From positions 1-64,000 of IMG/VR virus record IMGVR_UViG_3300016657_000022: DNA of 64,000 nt. One strand, written 5' to 3'. Made by a program: the position numbers and the translations under genes. Source of the stretch: a virus. Lineage: Duplodnaviria; Caudoviricetes. Of this stretch, positions 1 to 8,900 are shown piece after piece (position 1 is the stretch's first letter; each line of letters begins with the position of its first letter). The notes under the pieces are model-generated. The model did not search any database. It worked only from the letters and a program-made list of their open reading frames with translations, and was not told where the DNA came from.

Positions 1-752
1 TTGTCCTTGTTGGCCTTGATGGCGGCCAGTTTGGCACGGACAAACAGTTCCGTGTCGGCCAGAGAAAGCAGGGGGATGTCCTTGTACTCGACCCTCTTCT
101 GGGGGTACTTCGGATTGCTCCGGGCCATCACCTTCTGCCAGTCGGTGAACACGTAGTTCACACGCATGAAATCCTCGGTGATCCGGGGGATCTCACGGAC
201 GGCATCAATCCAGCGGTACAGGCTGCCCTGAAGCTGGTTTTCTTCGTCTCTGGTTCCGAACACCCAGCCGTAGGCTGAGGTGGACTTGTTGTCCTCGACA
301 TGGCCTTCAGCCACGGCGTCGAACTTGCCGCCGATCACATAGCCGCCGAACTCACGGAAGCCCCGCTGTTCGAGGTAGATCGGGATCATGTCCGGCATGG
401 CCCGGCGATCATCATCGGTCGGGTTGACTCGAACCCGGTCGATCACGGCATCAGGGACACCGAGCTTGGCGAGATTGCGGGCATAGCTCTTGGTCCATGC
501 ACGTTCGATGCCATCATGGATGGTGGAACCAAGGCCCCGAGAGATGAAGTCCGACACGTCCTCCACCTGCTTCTCGACCGGCACCCGCTGTGCCAGCAGG
601 ATCTGCTTGAGCGGACGCATCAGAGTGGTCACGCTGATGTAGGGCTTCTCGGCTTCGGCACTGACCGTCGCAGCGGTGGCGTGGTCATAGTTGTCGTCGA
701 TGAGCCAGACGGCCAACAGCAACGAGATGTCAAGTTCGTTCGTGATCCTCAC
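1..752 (-). CDS. N4 gp41-like PD-(D/E)xK exonuclease (3' end beyond window start)
   Basis: Manually translated open frame from GTG 752 (alternative ATG 773) to the window edge: MRITNELDISLLLAVWLIDDNYD...GGKFDAVAEGHVEDNKSTSAY; position downstream of DNAP/gp40 as in N4-like phages. Confidence 0.75.
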   Translation of the reverse strand, partial: MRITNELDISLLLAVWLIDDNYDHATAATVSAEAEKPYISVTTLMRPLKQILLAQRVPVEKQVEDVSDFISRGLGSTIHDGIERAWTKSYARNLAKLGVPDAVIDRVRVNPTDDDRRAMPDMIPIYLEQRGFREFGGYVIGGKFDAVAEGHVEDNKSTSAYGWVFGTRDEENQLQGSLYRWIDAVREIPRITEDFMRVNYVFTDWQKVMARSNPKYPQKRVEYKDIPLLSLADTELFVRAKLAAIKANKD

Positions 753-774
753 GATGCGTCTCCAGAATGTCATG

Positions 775-813
775 GGAAAGAGAGCGGCAGCCCCCCGAAA
801 AGGACTGCCGCTC
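775..813 (-). terminator. Intrinsic terminator-like hairpin
   Basis: GAGCGGCAG (782-790) / CTGCCGCTC (805-813) stem followed by UUUCCC on the minus strand. Confidence 0.5.
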
Positions 814-849
814 CACAATCAGAGCGGAAGCTCCAACTGCTCTTCCGGC

Positions 850-1188
850 TCAGCGGGGAAGAGTTCCCCCTGATCCGCTTGCAGGTTGATGTTCATCTTC
901 AGCGACCTTTCGCTTCAGACGACGCAGGATGCGGCCTGCATAGTGGACGATCTTCTCGGCACCATAGACTGCGGAATGACCCGGCTTGCCGTTGGCTTTA
1001 CGGGCGTTTGCCGAACGTCAGATTTCCTTGAAGATGTTTGCCTCGTCCGGGTTCAGTTCGAGTGCTTCGATGATGTCTTCACACTCGGCCTGATACGCAG
1101 GCTGATCCTCTCTCTGGGGATGCGTCACATGGACGAGGTAATAATTTACCCGTCCCCCGGAGAGCTTGGTTTCGGCTTGGAGGCTCAC
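850..1188 (-). pseudogene. N4 gp40-like (DUF3310/T7 gp1.7-like) gene with in-frame TGA at 1018-1020
   Basis: GTG start overlaps the upstream stop; reads ...YQAECEDIIEALELNPDEANIFKEI*RSANARKANGKPGHSAVYGAEKIVHYAGR...; the family-like sequence continues past the TGA. Confidence 0.7.
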
Positions 1189-1529
1189 GCCTCCAGCTCG
1201 CTTGCCTGTTCAACAGGCACCTGAGCCATGCCCTCAGGGGGAGCTTGGAACTCCTCCTCCGTCATGAAGCCGAGGTGGGAGACCGACTGCACCACGATGT
1301 CGTGGACGTTGATGACGGCACGAGCTTCCTCGGGCATCTTGGTCATCATCGACTTGTGGAGGTTCTGCTGGGCCTTGGCCAGCTTGGCAGCCGGGAAGTT
1401 CGTGTCATCGTGACGAACGATGGCGTTGACGGGCATCGTGCTGATGTTCGGCTCGTTCGGGCGTTCCGGGTTGGGGAACGAGAACATCACGAGGCCCGAG
1501 ATGAGGAAATAATGCTTCTTGTCGGACAC
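1185..1529 (-). CDS. Conserved N4-like hypothetical protein
   Basis: GGAGA RBS and GTG at 1529; KKHYFLISGLVMFS...SVSHLGFMTEEEFQAPPEG; sits in the DNAP-gp40 interval. Confidence 0.7.
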   Translation of the reverse strand: MSDKKHYFLISGLVMFSFPNPERPNEPNISTMPVNAIVRHDDTNFPAAKLAKAQQNLHKSMMTKMPEEARAVINVHDIVVQSVSHLGFMTEEEFQAPPEGMAQVPVEQASELEA

Positions 1530-1563
1530 TGGGTCTTTCTCCGATGGTCGTGGTTGGTCGATA

Positions 1564-1599
1564 CGACGGGGAGGTTTGCGACCATATACCTCCCCGTCG
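1564..1599. other. Perfect 12-bp inverted repeat just downstream of the DNA polymerase stop
   Basis: CGACGGGGAGGT (1564-1575) / ACCTCCCCGTCG (1588-1599). Confidence 0.6.
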
Positions 1600-1606
1600 C
1601 TGAAAG

Positions 1607-4270
1607 CTAGGCAGCTTCTGCCATTGCCTTCTCGACAACACCGAAAATCTCGTCCTCGGTGGCGTCGTTGGGAATAGTGATCTCGGTCTTCCAATTAGGA
1701 TAGAAGATACCAAGTTCACCGCCCAGCTTTACTTCATCGTGCTGAATATCAGGCAGTTCCTGCCACTTCACAGCCGTAACGAGATTGTCGTTGGCGTATT
1801 TCACCGCCTTAATATCGTCTCGGATGAGGAAGTATTGAGCGTCATGGATCTGAGCACATGGTTTGATGTCAAGCCTAAACTTGCTCTTGCGTACTTTTCC
1901 ATTGAACTCAACACCTGCTCGACTGTTGAGAAGACAGTAGGATTGTCCCAAGGCATTTCCAGCAGTTCGACCCTCGGCCTCGGCCTGATGAGGAGTCTTG
2001 CTGGTTCCACGCACCACTTGGTGCAGGAGGGGCGTGCGAAGACGCAGCCCGAATGCAATGGTGACATAGCCATCCTTCGTTGCCTGATCGAGCTTAGCAG
2101 CGACCCATTGGTCACTGACCACATACAGCTCGTGGTATTTCGCCTCGACCGACTTCGCCTTCTCCTCCGAGAAACCGCAGTTGACCATTAGCGTCTTGTA
2201 GGTGCCCTGATACGTCAGGGCGAAGGTGGGAGCCTTGCTGTCCTGACGATAGGATTTGTACTTCTTCTCGATGGAATTGATGCTGACCACCGATGTGGGG
2301 TCGATGTCCGGCATCTCATCACCCCAGTAAGCATAGGCCCGGAGGCTGTGCCCATCATAGCCATCGGTATAGACCTTCAGCTTGTTGGGATCCTTACTGG
2401 TGAGGGCGGAAATCCTGTCTTCCAGAGAGGCAAAGTCCAGTCCCACGAACAACCATCCGGGGGGTGCCTCGAAACAGCTCTTGATGAGCTTGGCGTACCG
2501 GCTGGATGCTGGCAGGTTCTGGAGGTTCGGGCCACTGGACGAAAGCCGACCACTCTTGGTGCCCCCGAGGTTGAAGTTCCCGAACAGATAGTGCCATCCG
2601 TCGTTGCCACGCTGAGCGTTCTTGAGCGACGGGATGAAGTCCGTGATGATCTTGTTCACGGCCTTGTAGTCTTCCAGTGCCTTCAGGAACTGGAGGATGT
2701 CCGGGTCGGACGTGTGCTTCTGCAATGCCTTAATGGCATCGCCGTCTGCACTTGGCTGCTTGCTGTCGGTGTACCCGACGATAGGAAGCCCGAGGATCTC
2801 GAACAGAAGCTCCTGCAACTGGGGTGCCGAGTTCGGGTTGAAGGTGGTTTCCTTCCGTGTTGGTTCATGGGTGAGCGCCAGCTCAGCCATCTCCTCAACG
2901 GTGATCGACTTCTTCTTCCACTCAGCATTCTTCTTGTTCGTGTAGTGCTCAAGCCGGGTGTAGTTGTATTTCTGCACCACCTGTGTGGCAAACATCTCAC
3001 GGACTGTTCGGTCCTGCTCGATGGTCAGCTCTTCTTCCACCTCCAGCACACGCTTCATGTTCACCGGCATCCCGGTGAGCTGCATCTGAATGATGTCGAT
3101 GGTCGCTGGCTGAAACAGCTCACGATACACTGGAAGCTGGTCGTCCTTGACCAGTTGATCCCAGTGCTTGTTATAGACATACCATGTGCTGAGACTATCC
3201 ACCAAGTTATATTGGAGGAGGGTCGGCATCGGGATCTTGGTGATGTCCTTGATCTCTTCGACCGCGTAGTTCCCAGCGAACTCCTGAGCCTGATCCTTCA
3301 GGCCAAGCTGATTGCCAGCACAGGAGTTGGTAGCCAGATAGGTGATGAGCTTGGTGCAATCCCACTCACCAACATCGCCAAGCATGACCTCCAGCCCATA
3401 GAGCAACCCCTCTTGATCGAGGATGTGTTCCATGAAGAGCTGATAGATCAGGACGTAAACGTCGAAGGCGATGTTGTGCCACATGATCTTGACGCCCTGC
3501 TCTCGACACAGCTCGAAGAACCGTTTGAGCATGGCACGACGTGTGGGGCTTGGGCGCCTGAAACCATAGGTGCCGTCAGCCTCAGCAGCCATAGGACTGA
3601 AGACGCTGTGCGGATGGTAATCGACCGGGAAGGCCAATCCCTCTCCTTGGTTCCAAGCGAAGCTGATGGTTCCGATACCGCATTCCCAGTGCTTCAGGCC
3701 GAAGCCTTCGATGTCAGCGGCAAGGGGCTTGCCCATCTCCAGCAGCTTGATAAGCCACTGTTCGATGTCATGGTCGGTGTCGGGATAGTGAGCCTTCTTG
3801 ATGACCGACTCACCCGGTGGTGCATATTTACCACACCGATGATCGAACACGGCTTTGATGCCCTGTGCGATCTTCTCCTTCGTTGGTCCGGGATTGTGGA
3901 AGATCTGTGCCGAACTGGGCACATACACCACCTTGAAGTTCCCAAACGGGCTGTCCATCACATAGCCCAGATGGGCTTCGATCTTGGACGCCTTGGTCAG
4001 AGCTTTGAAATACTCGCCATCGGTGCAGATGACGTACTCGACCATCATGTCGGTGAATGTCGGGACCAGCATCTCCGTGATGTAGGACCGCATCTCAACC
4101 ATCGGGGTCTTCTTCCCAGTGCGGTGCAGGTCAATGACCAGCACATCATCCGGGACCAGCTCCGGGGTATTGAGATAGGCGGTCCTGATGTCATCCTTGC
4201 GGATGGTTGGAACCAAGAGGCAGACTGGATACCTGCCAAGCTCTGTGTCGGAGAAATAGGCGTACCGCAT
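1607..4270 (-). CDS. Family A DNA polymerase with 3'-5' exonuclease domain (N4 gp39-like)
   Basis: 887 aa; exo DIEGFG, TKSGRLSSSGPNLQNLP, motif A GLDFASLEDRI, motif B KAPTFALTYQG, motif C QIHDAQYF. Confidence 0.97.
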   Translation of the reverse strand: MRYAYFSDTELGRYPVCLLVPTIRKDDIRTAYLNTPELVPDDVLVIDLHRTGKKTPMVEMRSYITEMLVPTFTDMMVEYVICTDGEYFKALTKASKIEAHLGYVMDSPFGNFKVVYVPSSAQIFHNPGPTKEKIAQGIKAVFDHRCGKYAPPGESVIKKAHYPDTDHDIEQWLIKLLEMGKPLAADIEGFGLKHWECGIGTISFAWNQGEGLAFPVDYHPHSVFSPMAAEADGTYGFRRPSPTRRAMLKRFFELCREQGVKIMWHNIAFDVYVLIYQLFMEHILDQEGLLYGLEVMLGDVGEWDCTKLITYLATNSCAGNQLGLKDQAQEFAGNYAVEEIKDITKIPMPTLLQYNLVDSLSTWYVYNKHWDQLVKDDQLPVYRELFQPATIDIIQMQLTGMPVNMKRVLEVEEELTIEQDRTVREMFATQVVQKYNYTRLEHYTNKKNAEWKKKSITVEEMAELALTHEPTRKETTFNPNSAPQLQELLFEILGLPIVGYTDSKQPSADGDAIKALQKHTSDPDILQFLKALEDYKAVNKIITDFIPSLKNAQRGNDGWHYLFGNFNLGGTKSGRLSSSGPNLQNLPASSRYAKLIKSCFEAPPGWLFVGLDFASLEDRISALTSKDPNKLKVYTDGYDGHSLRAYAYWGDEMPDIDPTSVVSINSIEKKYKSYRQDSKAPTFALTYQGTYKTLMVNCGFSEEKAKSVEAKYHELYVVSDQWVAAKLDQATKDGYVTIAFGLRLRTPLLHQVVRGTSKTPHQAEAEGRTAGNALGQSYCLLNSRAGVEFNGKVRKSKFRLDIKPCAQIHDAQYFLIRDDIKAVKYANDNLVTAVKWQELPDIQHDEVKLGGELGIFYPNWKTEITIPNDATEDEIFGVVEKAMAEAA

Positions 4271-4809
4271 CAGTAGATGAGCCTCGCTGCTGCATAGAAC
4301 TCGATCCGCTCAAGCATGTCGTTGAACTGCTTGGTGGCTCGGGTGTCGTTGGAGATGGAGCAGCCGACTTCCCCCTGACGGGGGAGCGACCGCAAGGCCG
4401 GGATCATCTCTGCCAGACAATCCGGGAGGGTGTCCCGCATGGTCTGAAGCTCCTCGCAAGGCGAGAGCAGTTTGAAGATGATCTGTCCGATGAGCTGTTC
4501 CTCTTCCGAGACACGCTTGGCGCTCTTGAGGTGCCACTCCATCTTGGCTTCGAGGGTTTCATGCAGGATGGGACGGGTGCCCGCTCCACCTGCACCAGCT
4601 ACCACGGTGAAGGCAGTCGAGGTATAGACCTCACCTTCGTACATGAAGCTGGATGACTGAACGACCCGGACCTCGTTGTTGGCCCGGATCAGATCGGCAA
4701 GGGACTTGTCGAGACGACGCTTCTCGGCAACGAACAGATCCTCAAGGAACTGCTTGATGAGCTGGTAATAGCTCGACCCCTTGCGGGGCATCTTCAGTGA
4801 CGGGTTCAT
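4270..4809 (-). CDS. N4 gp38-like hypothetical protein
   Basis: 179 aa ORF between helicase and DNAP, TGATG-coupled; C-terminal TMRDTLPDCL...RLIY. Confidence 0.75.
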   Translation of the reverse strand: MNPSLKMPRKGSSYYQLIKQFLEDLFVAEKRRLDKSLADLIRANNEVRVVQSSSFMYEGEVYTSTAFTVVAGAGGAGTRPILHETLEAKMEWHLKSAKRVSEEEQLIGQIIFKLLSPCEELQTMRDTLPDCLAEMIPALRSLPRQGEVGCSISNDTRATKQFNDMLERIEFYAAARLIY

Positions 4810-4818
4810 GGTTGCCTC

Positions 4819-6135
4819 TTACAGAATGAGGCCGCCGTACTTCTCCGAGAGCGAGCCGTAGAAGACGACACGCTTGCGGGCACGAGACCCGGCGACGTAG
4901 AGCATACGAGCTGCCTGCGATGGGTTGTTTGAACGGCTCAGGTTCGACACGTCAATGTAGACCGTATCGAGCGTGGAGCCTTGGGCCTTGTAGACAGTCG
5001 AAGCATCACGCTGCCGGAGATCCAGCATCGCATCCTTTAGGCTGTACATCTTGGACCATGCCTTGCGATGAGCCAGCCAGTTCACGGTGTCCGTGAAGTG
5101 CTTGCGGTCCATGGGCAGGCGAACGTCCTTGAACGTCATGCCCAGACGGGTGCGGATGTCAGCGAACTGATACATCACGTCCACGTCCTGCCCTTCCCAC
5201 TGATCGACGGTCAGAGCGAATGGGTTCTGGTTGATCGAGAGGATCTCGACTTCCTCTTCAACCGACAGCATGTACTTCTTCAGAGGCACAGCACTGTTGC
5301 TGACAAGGAACTCACCGACCGTAAACTGATCGGGGAGACCACGCAGACCACGGACGTGATCGTTGAACTCCATCACTCGGGCATTGGTGTATGCCAGAAT
5401 GCGGCTGTCCAACGTCTGCTGCATGAAGTCAGCAGCGATGGCTGCTTCCATCTGGGCATCGCTGAACCAGTCGATGATGCCGGGCACGATCTGGATCGGC
5501 TTGAACTCGCCGGTCTCGACAGTGTGACGGAGCTGCCAGTTGAGAGCATGAAGCTCGGGAATCTGGGTTCGCATCGGCTGGGTCAGCTCGATGTGGGTGA
5601 TGCCGTTCCGGTAGACCGGGCTGAGCGGCTCCTTGATGGGAGCCATCTGGCAGTGGTCGCCGACCCAGACGATCTTGCAGTTGAGGGTGCCCTCATGCAC
5701 GAGCTGGTACAGCGGGCTGTCCACCATGGAGCACTCGTCCACGAAGAGGATGGTGTTCTCGTGGACCATCCACGAGTTCTTCTTCGTGAGCTTCTGCTCG
5801 CCGGTCTCGAAGTCGCCTGCGACCTTGAGGTTGAGGAAGGAAGCCAGAGTGCTGGCAGGCTTGCCGCTGGCAAGCGAGAGCACCTCTGTCGCCTTGTTGG
5901 TGGTGGCCGTCCAATGAACGCTGTCGTACTTCGGCGGCAGGTTCATCATCTTACAGGCGTCGAGATACTGGGGCATGACCTGATCGGTCATGTGGCCCAT
6001 CAGGGCAGTCTTGCCGACGCCGCCCGGTCCGGTGATGCCCATCTCCTTCTCGGGGGAGAAGAGGAAGGAGAAGAAATGGTCAGCAGCATCCTGCTGCCCC
6101 TGATTGGGGGTGAAGGTGGTGGTCACATCCGTCAC
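4819..6135 (-). CDS. SF1B (Dda/RecD-like) DNA helicase
   Basis: Walker A GPGGVGKT, Walker B FVDECSM, VGDHCQMAP, STVYKAQGST, LYVAGSRA. Confidence 0.93.
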   Translation of the reverse strand: MTDVTTTFTPNQGQQDAADHFFSFLFSPEKEMGITGPGGVGKTALMGHMTDQVMPQYLDACKMMNLPPKYDSVHWTATTNKATEVLSLASGKPASTLASFLNLKVAGDFETGEQKLTKKNSWMVHENTILFVDECSMVDSPLYQLVHEGTLNCKIVWVGDHCQMAPIKEPLSPVYRNGITHIELTQPMRTQIPELHALNWQLRHTVETGEFKPIQIVPGIIDWFSDAQMEAAIAADFMQQTLDSRILAYTNARVMEFNDHVRGLRGLPDQFTVGEFLVSNSAVPLKKYMLSVEEEVEILSINQNPFALTVDQWEGQDVDVMYQFADIRTRLGMTFKDVRLPMDRKHFTDTVNWLAHRKAWSKMYSLKDAMLDLRQRDASTVYKAQGSTLDTVYIDVSNLSRSNNPSQAARMLYVAGSRARKRVVFYGSLSEKYGGLIL

Positions 6136-6152
6136 GGGATGGCTCCTGATGT

Positions 6153-6176
6153 AGAAGACCCCGCCGAAGCGGGGCC
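6153..6176 (-). terminator. UUCG-capped terminator hairpin
   Basis: Minus strand CCCCGC-TTCG-GCGGGG followed by TCTTCT. Confidence 0.55.
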
Positions 6177-6182
6177 TTGCAG

Positions 6183-6662
6183 TTACTGGCGGGAGAGGAA
6201 CGGCGTCAGGTCCGGCTTGGTGTAGTTCGGACCCTTGGCGATCTTGCCGTTCTCATCGAAGATGGCCTTGCCATCGACGAACTTGGAGAAGTTCGAGCGG
6301 TTGGTCTCAGCCAGAGCACCAACGATGTCGTAGCCGCAGACCTGTGCGGTGCCTGCCGCCGTCACGATCTGATCGCAGAGGGCGTCGAGGAAGCGGAGTT
6401 CGTCTTCGCTCTCGATGTGCAGCACGTCGTCGTTCTGCTTGAGGTAGACGGCGAGGTTGTGGTTGGCGAGCTTGGCCTGCTCGATCAGAAGAGCCAGCTC
6501 GGGTTCGAGCGTGCTCATCTCCTGCGTCATCTCCGAGACTTCCTCGAAGTGAACGCCGGTCTGGACGTGGAAGTTCTTGCGGGTGCCTTCACGGCCACGG
6601 GCCTCGTCGAACCAATCGACGGTATCGGCAAGCGTATTGCCCAGCGAGGGGAGGGTGCTCAA
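6183..6662 (-). CDS. MazG/PRA-PH-like nucleotide pyrophosphohydrolase
   Basis: HFEEVSEM...LDALCDQIVTA...ETNRSNFSKFVDGKAIFDENGKIAKGPNY. Confidence 0.8.
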   Translation of the reverse strand: MSTLPSLGNTLADTVDWFDEARGREGTRKNFHVQTGVHFEEVSEMTQEMSTLEPELALLIEQAKLANHNLAVYLKQNDDVLHIESEDELRFLDALCDQIVTAAGTAQVCGYDIVGALAETNRSNFSKFVDGKAIFDENGKIAKGPNYTKPDLTPFLSRQ

Positions 6663-6979
6663 GTGGTTGCTTCCTTCTGGTTCTGCCGAAGGTATTCCTC
6701 GGTCAGTAGGTTGGTGACGAAATCCTTGATGGAGTGGTGAGGCCCGAGCTGGTCTGCGATCCAGTCGAGCTGGGCAGGCGTCAGTCGTTGAGCCACATCT
6801 TCCATGAAGGCACGGCGGGTATCGGCGGGGGGGATGTTCAACGCCTTCAACCGCTGCGTCACCGTGGTGTGGTGACAGCCGAGGATGTTGGCGATGGTGC
6901 CAAGAGACAGGCCCATGCTGTTGAGCCGGATGAGATCCGCATCATTGGCCTTGCGGTTGGCACGAAACACTGAGGACAT
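6659..6979 (-). CDS. N4-like HTH DNA-binding protein
   Basis: ATG 6979; LIRLNSMGLSLGTIANILGCHHTTVTQRLKALNIPPADTRRAFMEDV. Confidence 0.8.
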   Translation of the reverse strand: MSSVFRANRKANDADLIRLNSMGLSLGTIANILGCHHTTVTQRLKALNIPPADTRRAFMEDVAQRLTPAQLDWIADQLGPHHSIKDFVTNLLTEEYLRQNQKEATT

Positions 6980-6990
6980 TCTGAAATCCC

Positions 6991-7032
6991 AAAAAAGAAA
7001 CCCTCCCCAATTAACTTGGGGAGGGTCTTTTT
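6991..7032. terminator. Bidirectional intrinsic terminator after rIIB
   Basis: ACCCTCCCCAA / TTGGGGAGGGT stem with A-tract and T-tract flanks. Confidence 0.8.
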
Positions 7033-7049
7033 GCAAGGTATCTTGGGGA

Positions 7050-8897
7050 TCAAACCCAGTCGGGCTTGTTCGTCTTGATACGCTCGATCTCCTTGGCGGT
7101 GAAGCCGAGGATGCTCCAGCTCTTCTTGCATTCCTTCTGGTGACGCCACAGCGATCCCCAGCGAGACTTGTCGGCGGGCTGCCCTTCGGCAGACCCGGTG
7201 CCCGTTGCTTGATCGTACAGCTTACGGGCGACTTCGGCACGGGTGCCTTCCATCTTCGGTTTCTCCAGATCGGCGGCGATGCTGTCAGCTTCCTTGAGAG
7301 CCTTCACCGTCTTGGCGTTGGGGGTCTTGACCGGCTCAGCCGTTACCGCCGCCACGGGCGTCGGTTCCGTCTTCGCACTGTTGAGGATCATGGCTTCTTC
7401 GGTGGCGTTGAAGCCGAGAGCGTGCCACCCCTTCTTGGCCTTCTTCTTGAAGGCGATCAGGGCAGCATAGTCGCCAGCGACGAACAGGGCACGGGCTTCC
7501 TGAGCCTTGCTCTTCGTGGCACCTGTTTTGGCTTCAGTGACCTTCTCGGCCACCGCCTTGACATCGACCTTGGCTACGCCAACGCCGTCCTTGTCGTCGT
7601 CGATGGATGCCACCGGCTCGGCCTTCTTGGCCTGCTCGACGGCAACCTTCTTCTGACGGCTGGCTTCGGCTTCACGCTCGACCGGCGTGATCTTCAGGTT
7701 GCCACCCTTCGATCCACCGATCTCGACACGCTCGATGATGCCGATGTGCTGACCACGAATGACGGCTCCGAGGAGCTTGGCAGTCGCCGAGTCCTTCGGG
7801 ATCGGGCTGTTGGAGAACACCTTCTGGTGGTCATCCTTCGGCACGTCACCGACGATGTGGTAGGCACAGACACGCATCTTGTTTGCGTCGTATTCCGGCA
7901 CCGCGATTGCGTCTGCCGGGTCCACCTTGATGAGCACCATGACGCCCGAGCTTCCACGGAAGCCGCCGACGTAGGCACGGCGTGCAACGTGCAGGCCGTT
8001 GGAGCAGTCACGGCGACGGTTGTGGTCCACCATGCTCTCCGCCATGAAGACGTAGGAACCAACCCGCTGAATGACATTGCCGGAGTGGATGTCCTGATAG
8101 ACATCCGAGTGGTTCCCGCGACGGTTGAGCGTCTTGAAAGCCACGAGGCAGCCATCGTCAGCGATGGGCATGTCGTTCTTGGCCATGAACTTGAGCAGGT
8201 CTCCGATGGAGTGACCCCGCTTGTCGATCACGGTGCTGATGCGACGGAGGAAGTTCTCCACCCCCTTGGTGGAACCGAGCTTCAGGGCCGCTGCGAAGTG
8301 GTCCTTCAGGTGTTCCATGCCGGGGATGTAGAGGGCTTCGCCATCCTCCTGCTCGACCACGGCGATGATGGTCTCATCTTCCTTGGTCTCGTCGTCGGTG
8401 AAGTTCTTGTCGTTGACCGACTGGGCCTTCGACAGAATGCTGCTGGCAGCGTTGCTCAACTTCTCCGACTTCTCGGTGGGGGCAGGTGCCTGCTCGACCG
8501 GAGCCGGGGCAGGTTCTTCTGCCACTGGTTCCACCGCAGGCACTGCGGGCTGGCCGTTGGTCAGGACCGGCACGGTGCCAATGGTCTGAGCTTCCAGCTT
8601 CGCCCGCTCTTCGCGGTCCTGTTCGTCCTCGAACAGATGCTTAACCCACTTCTTCGCCACGCGGAACAGCTTGACGATGCCGCCAGACTTCTCCTCGAAG
8701 TTCTTGTAGTGGGTGGTGGTGACGGACTCGAAGCTCACATCAGCCGGACGACCGGCAGTGATGAACGGAGTGGCCACCTCAACGATCCCCGGAATGCGGG
8801 GATCATTGCTGGGGAGTTCGATGGTCGAGCCATCCTCCTTGTAGAACGTGGTGTTTTCTTCGCCCACCACGATAGCGAGAATGCGAATGATCGCCAT
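7050..8897 (-). CDS. rIIB: rIIB-like protein
   Basis: 615 aa directly after rIIA; LLKFMAKNDMPIADDGCLVAFK, CSNGLHVA, KVDPADAIAVPEYDANKMRVCAYHIV. Confidence 0.88.
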   Translation of the reverse strand: MAIIRILAIVVGEENTTFYKEDGSTIELPSNDPRIPGIVEVATPFITAGRPADVSFESVTTTHYKNFEEKSGGIVKLFRVAKKWVKHLFEDEQDREERAKLEAQTIGTVPVLTNGQPAVPAVEPVAEEPAPAPVEQAPAPTEKSEKLSNAASSILSKAQSVNDKNFTDDETKEDETIIAVVEQEDGEALYIPGMEHLKDHFAAALKLGSTKGVENFLRRISTVIDKRGHSIGDLLKFMAKNDMPIADDGCLVAFKTLNRRGNHSDVYQDIHSGNVIQRVGSYVFMAESMVDHNRRRDCSNGLHVARRAYVGGFRGSSGVMVLIKVDPADAIAVPEYDANKMRVCAYHIVGDVPKDDHQKVFSNSPIPKDSATAKLLGAVIRGQHIGIIERVEIGGSKGGNLKITPVEREAEASRQKKVAVEQAKKAEPVASIDDDKDGVGVAKVDVKAVAEKVTEAKTGATKSKAQEARALFVAGDYAALIAFKKKAKKGWHALGFNATEEAMILNSAKTEPTPVAAVTAEPVKTPNAKTVKALKEADSIAADLEKPKMEGTRAEVARKLYDQATGTGSAEGQPADKSRWGSLWRHQKECKKSWSILGFTAKEIERIKTNKPDWV

Positions 8898-8900
8898 GTG

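Noticed and set aside
819-896. 25-aa micro-ORF MNINLQADQGELFPAEPEEQLELPL
   Set aside because: Overlaps the gp40-like 3' end in another frame and has no clear RBS; cannot be supported
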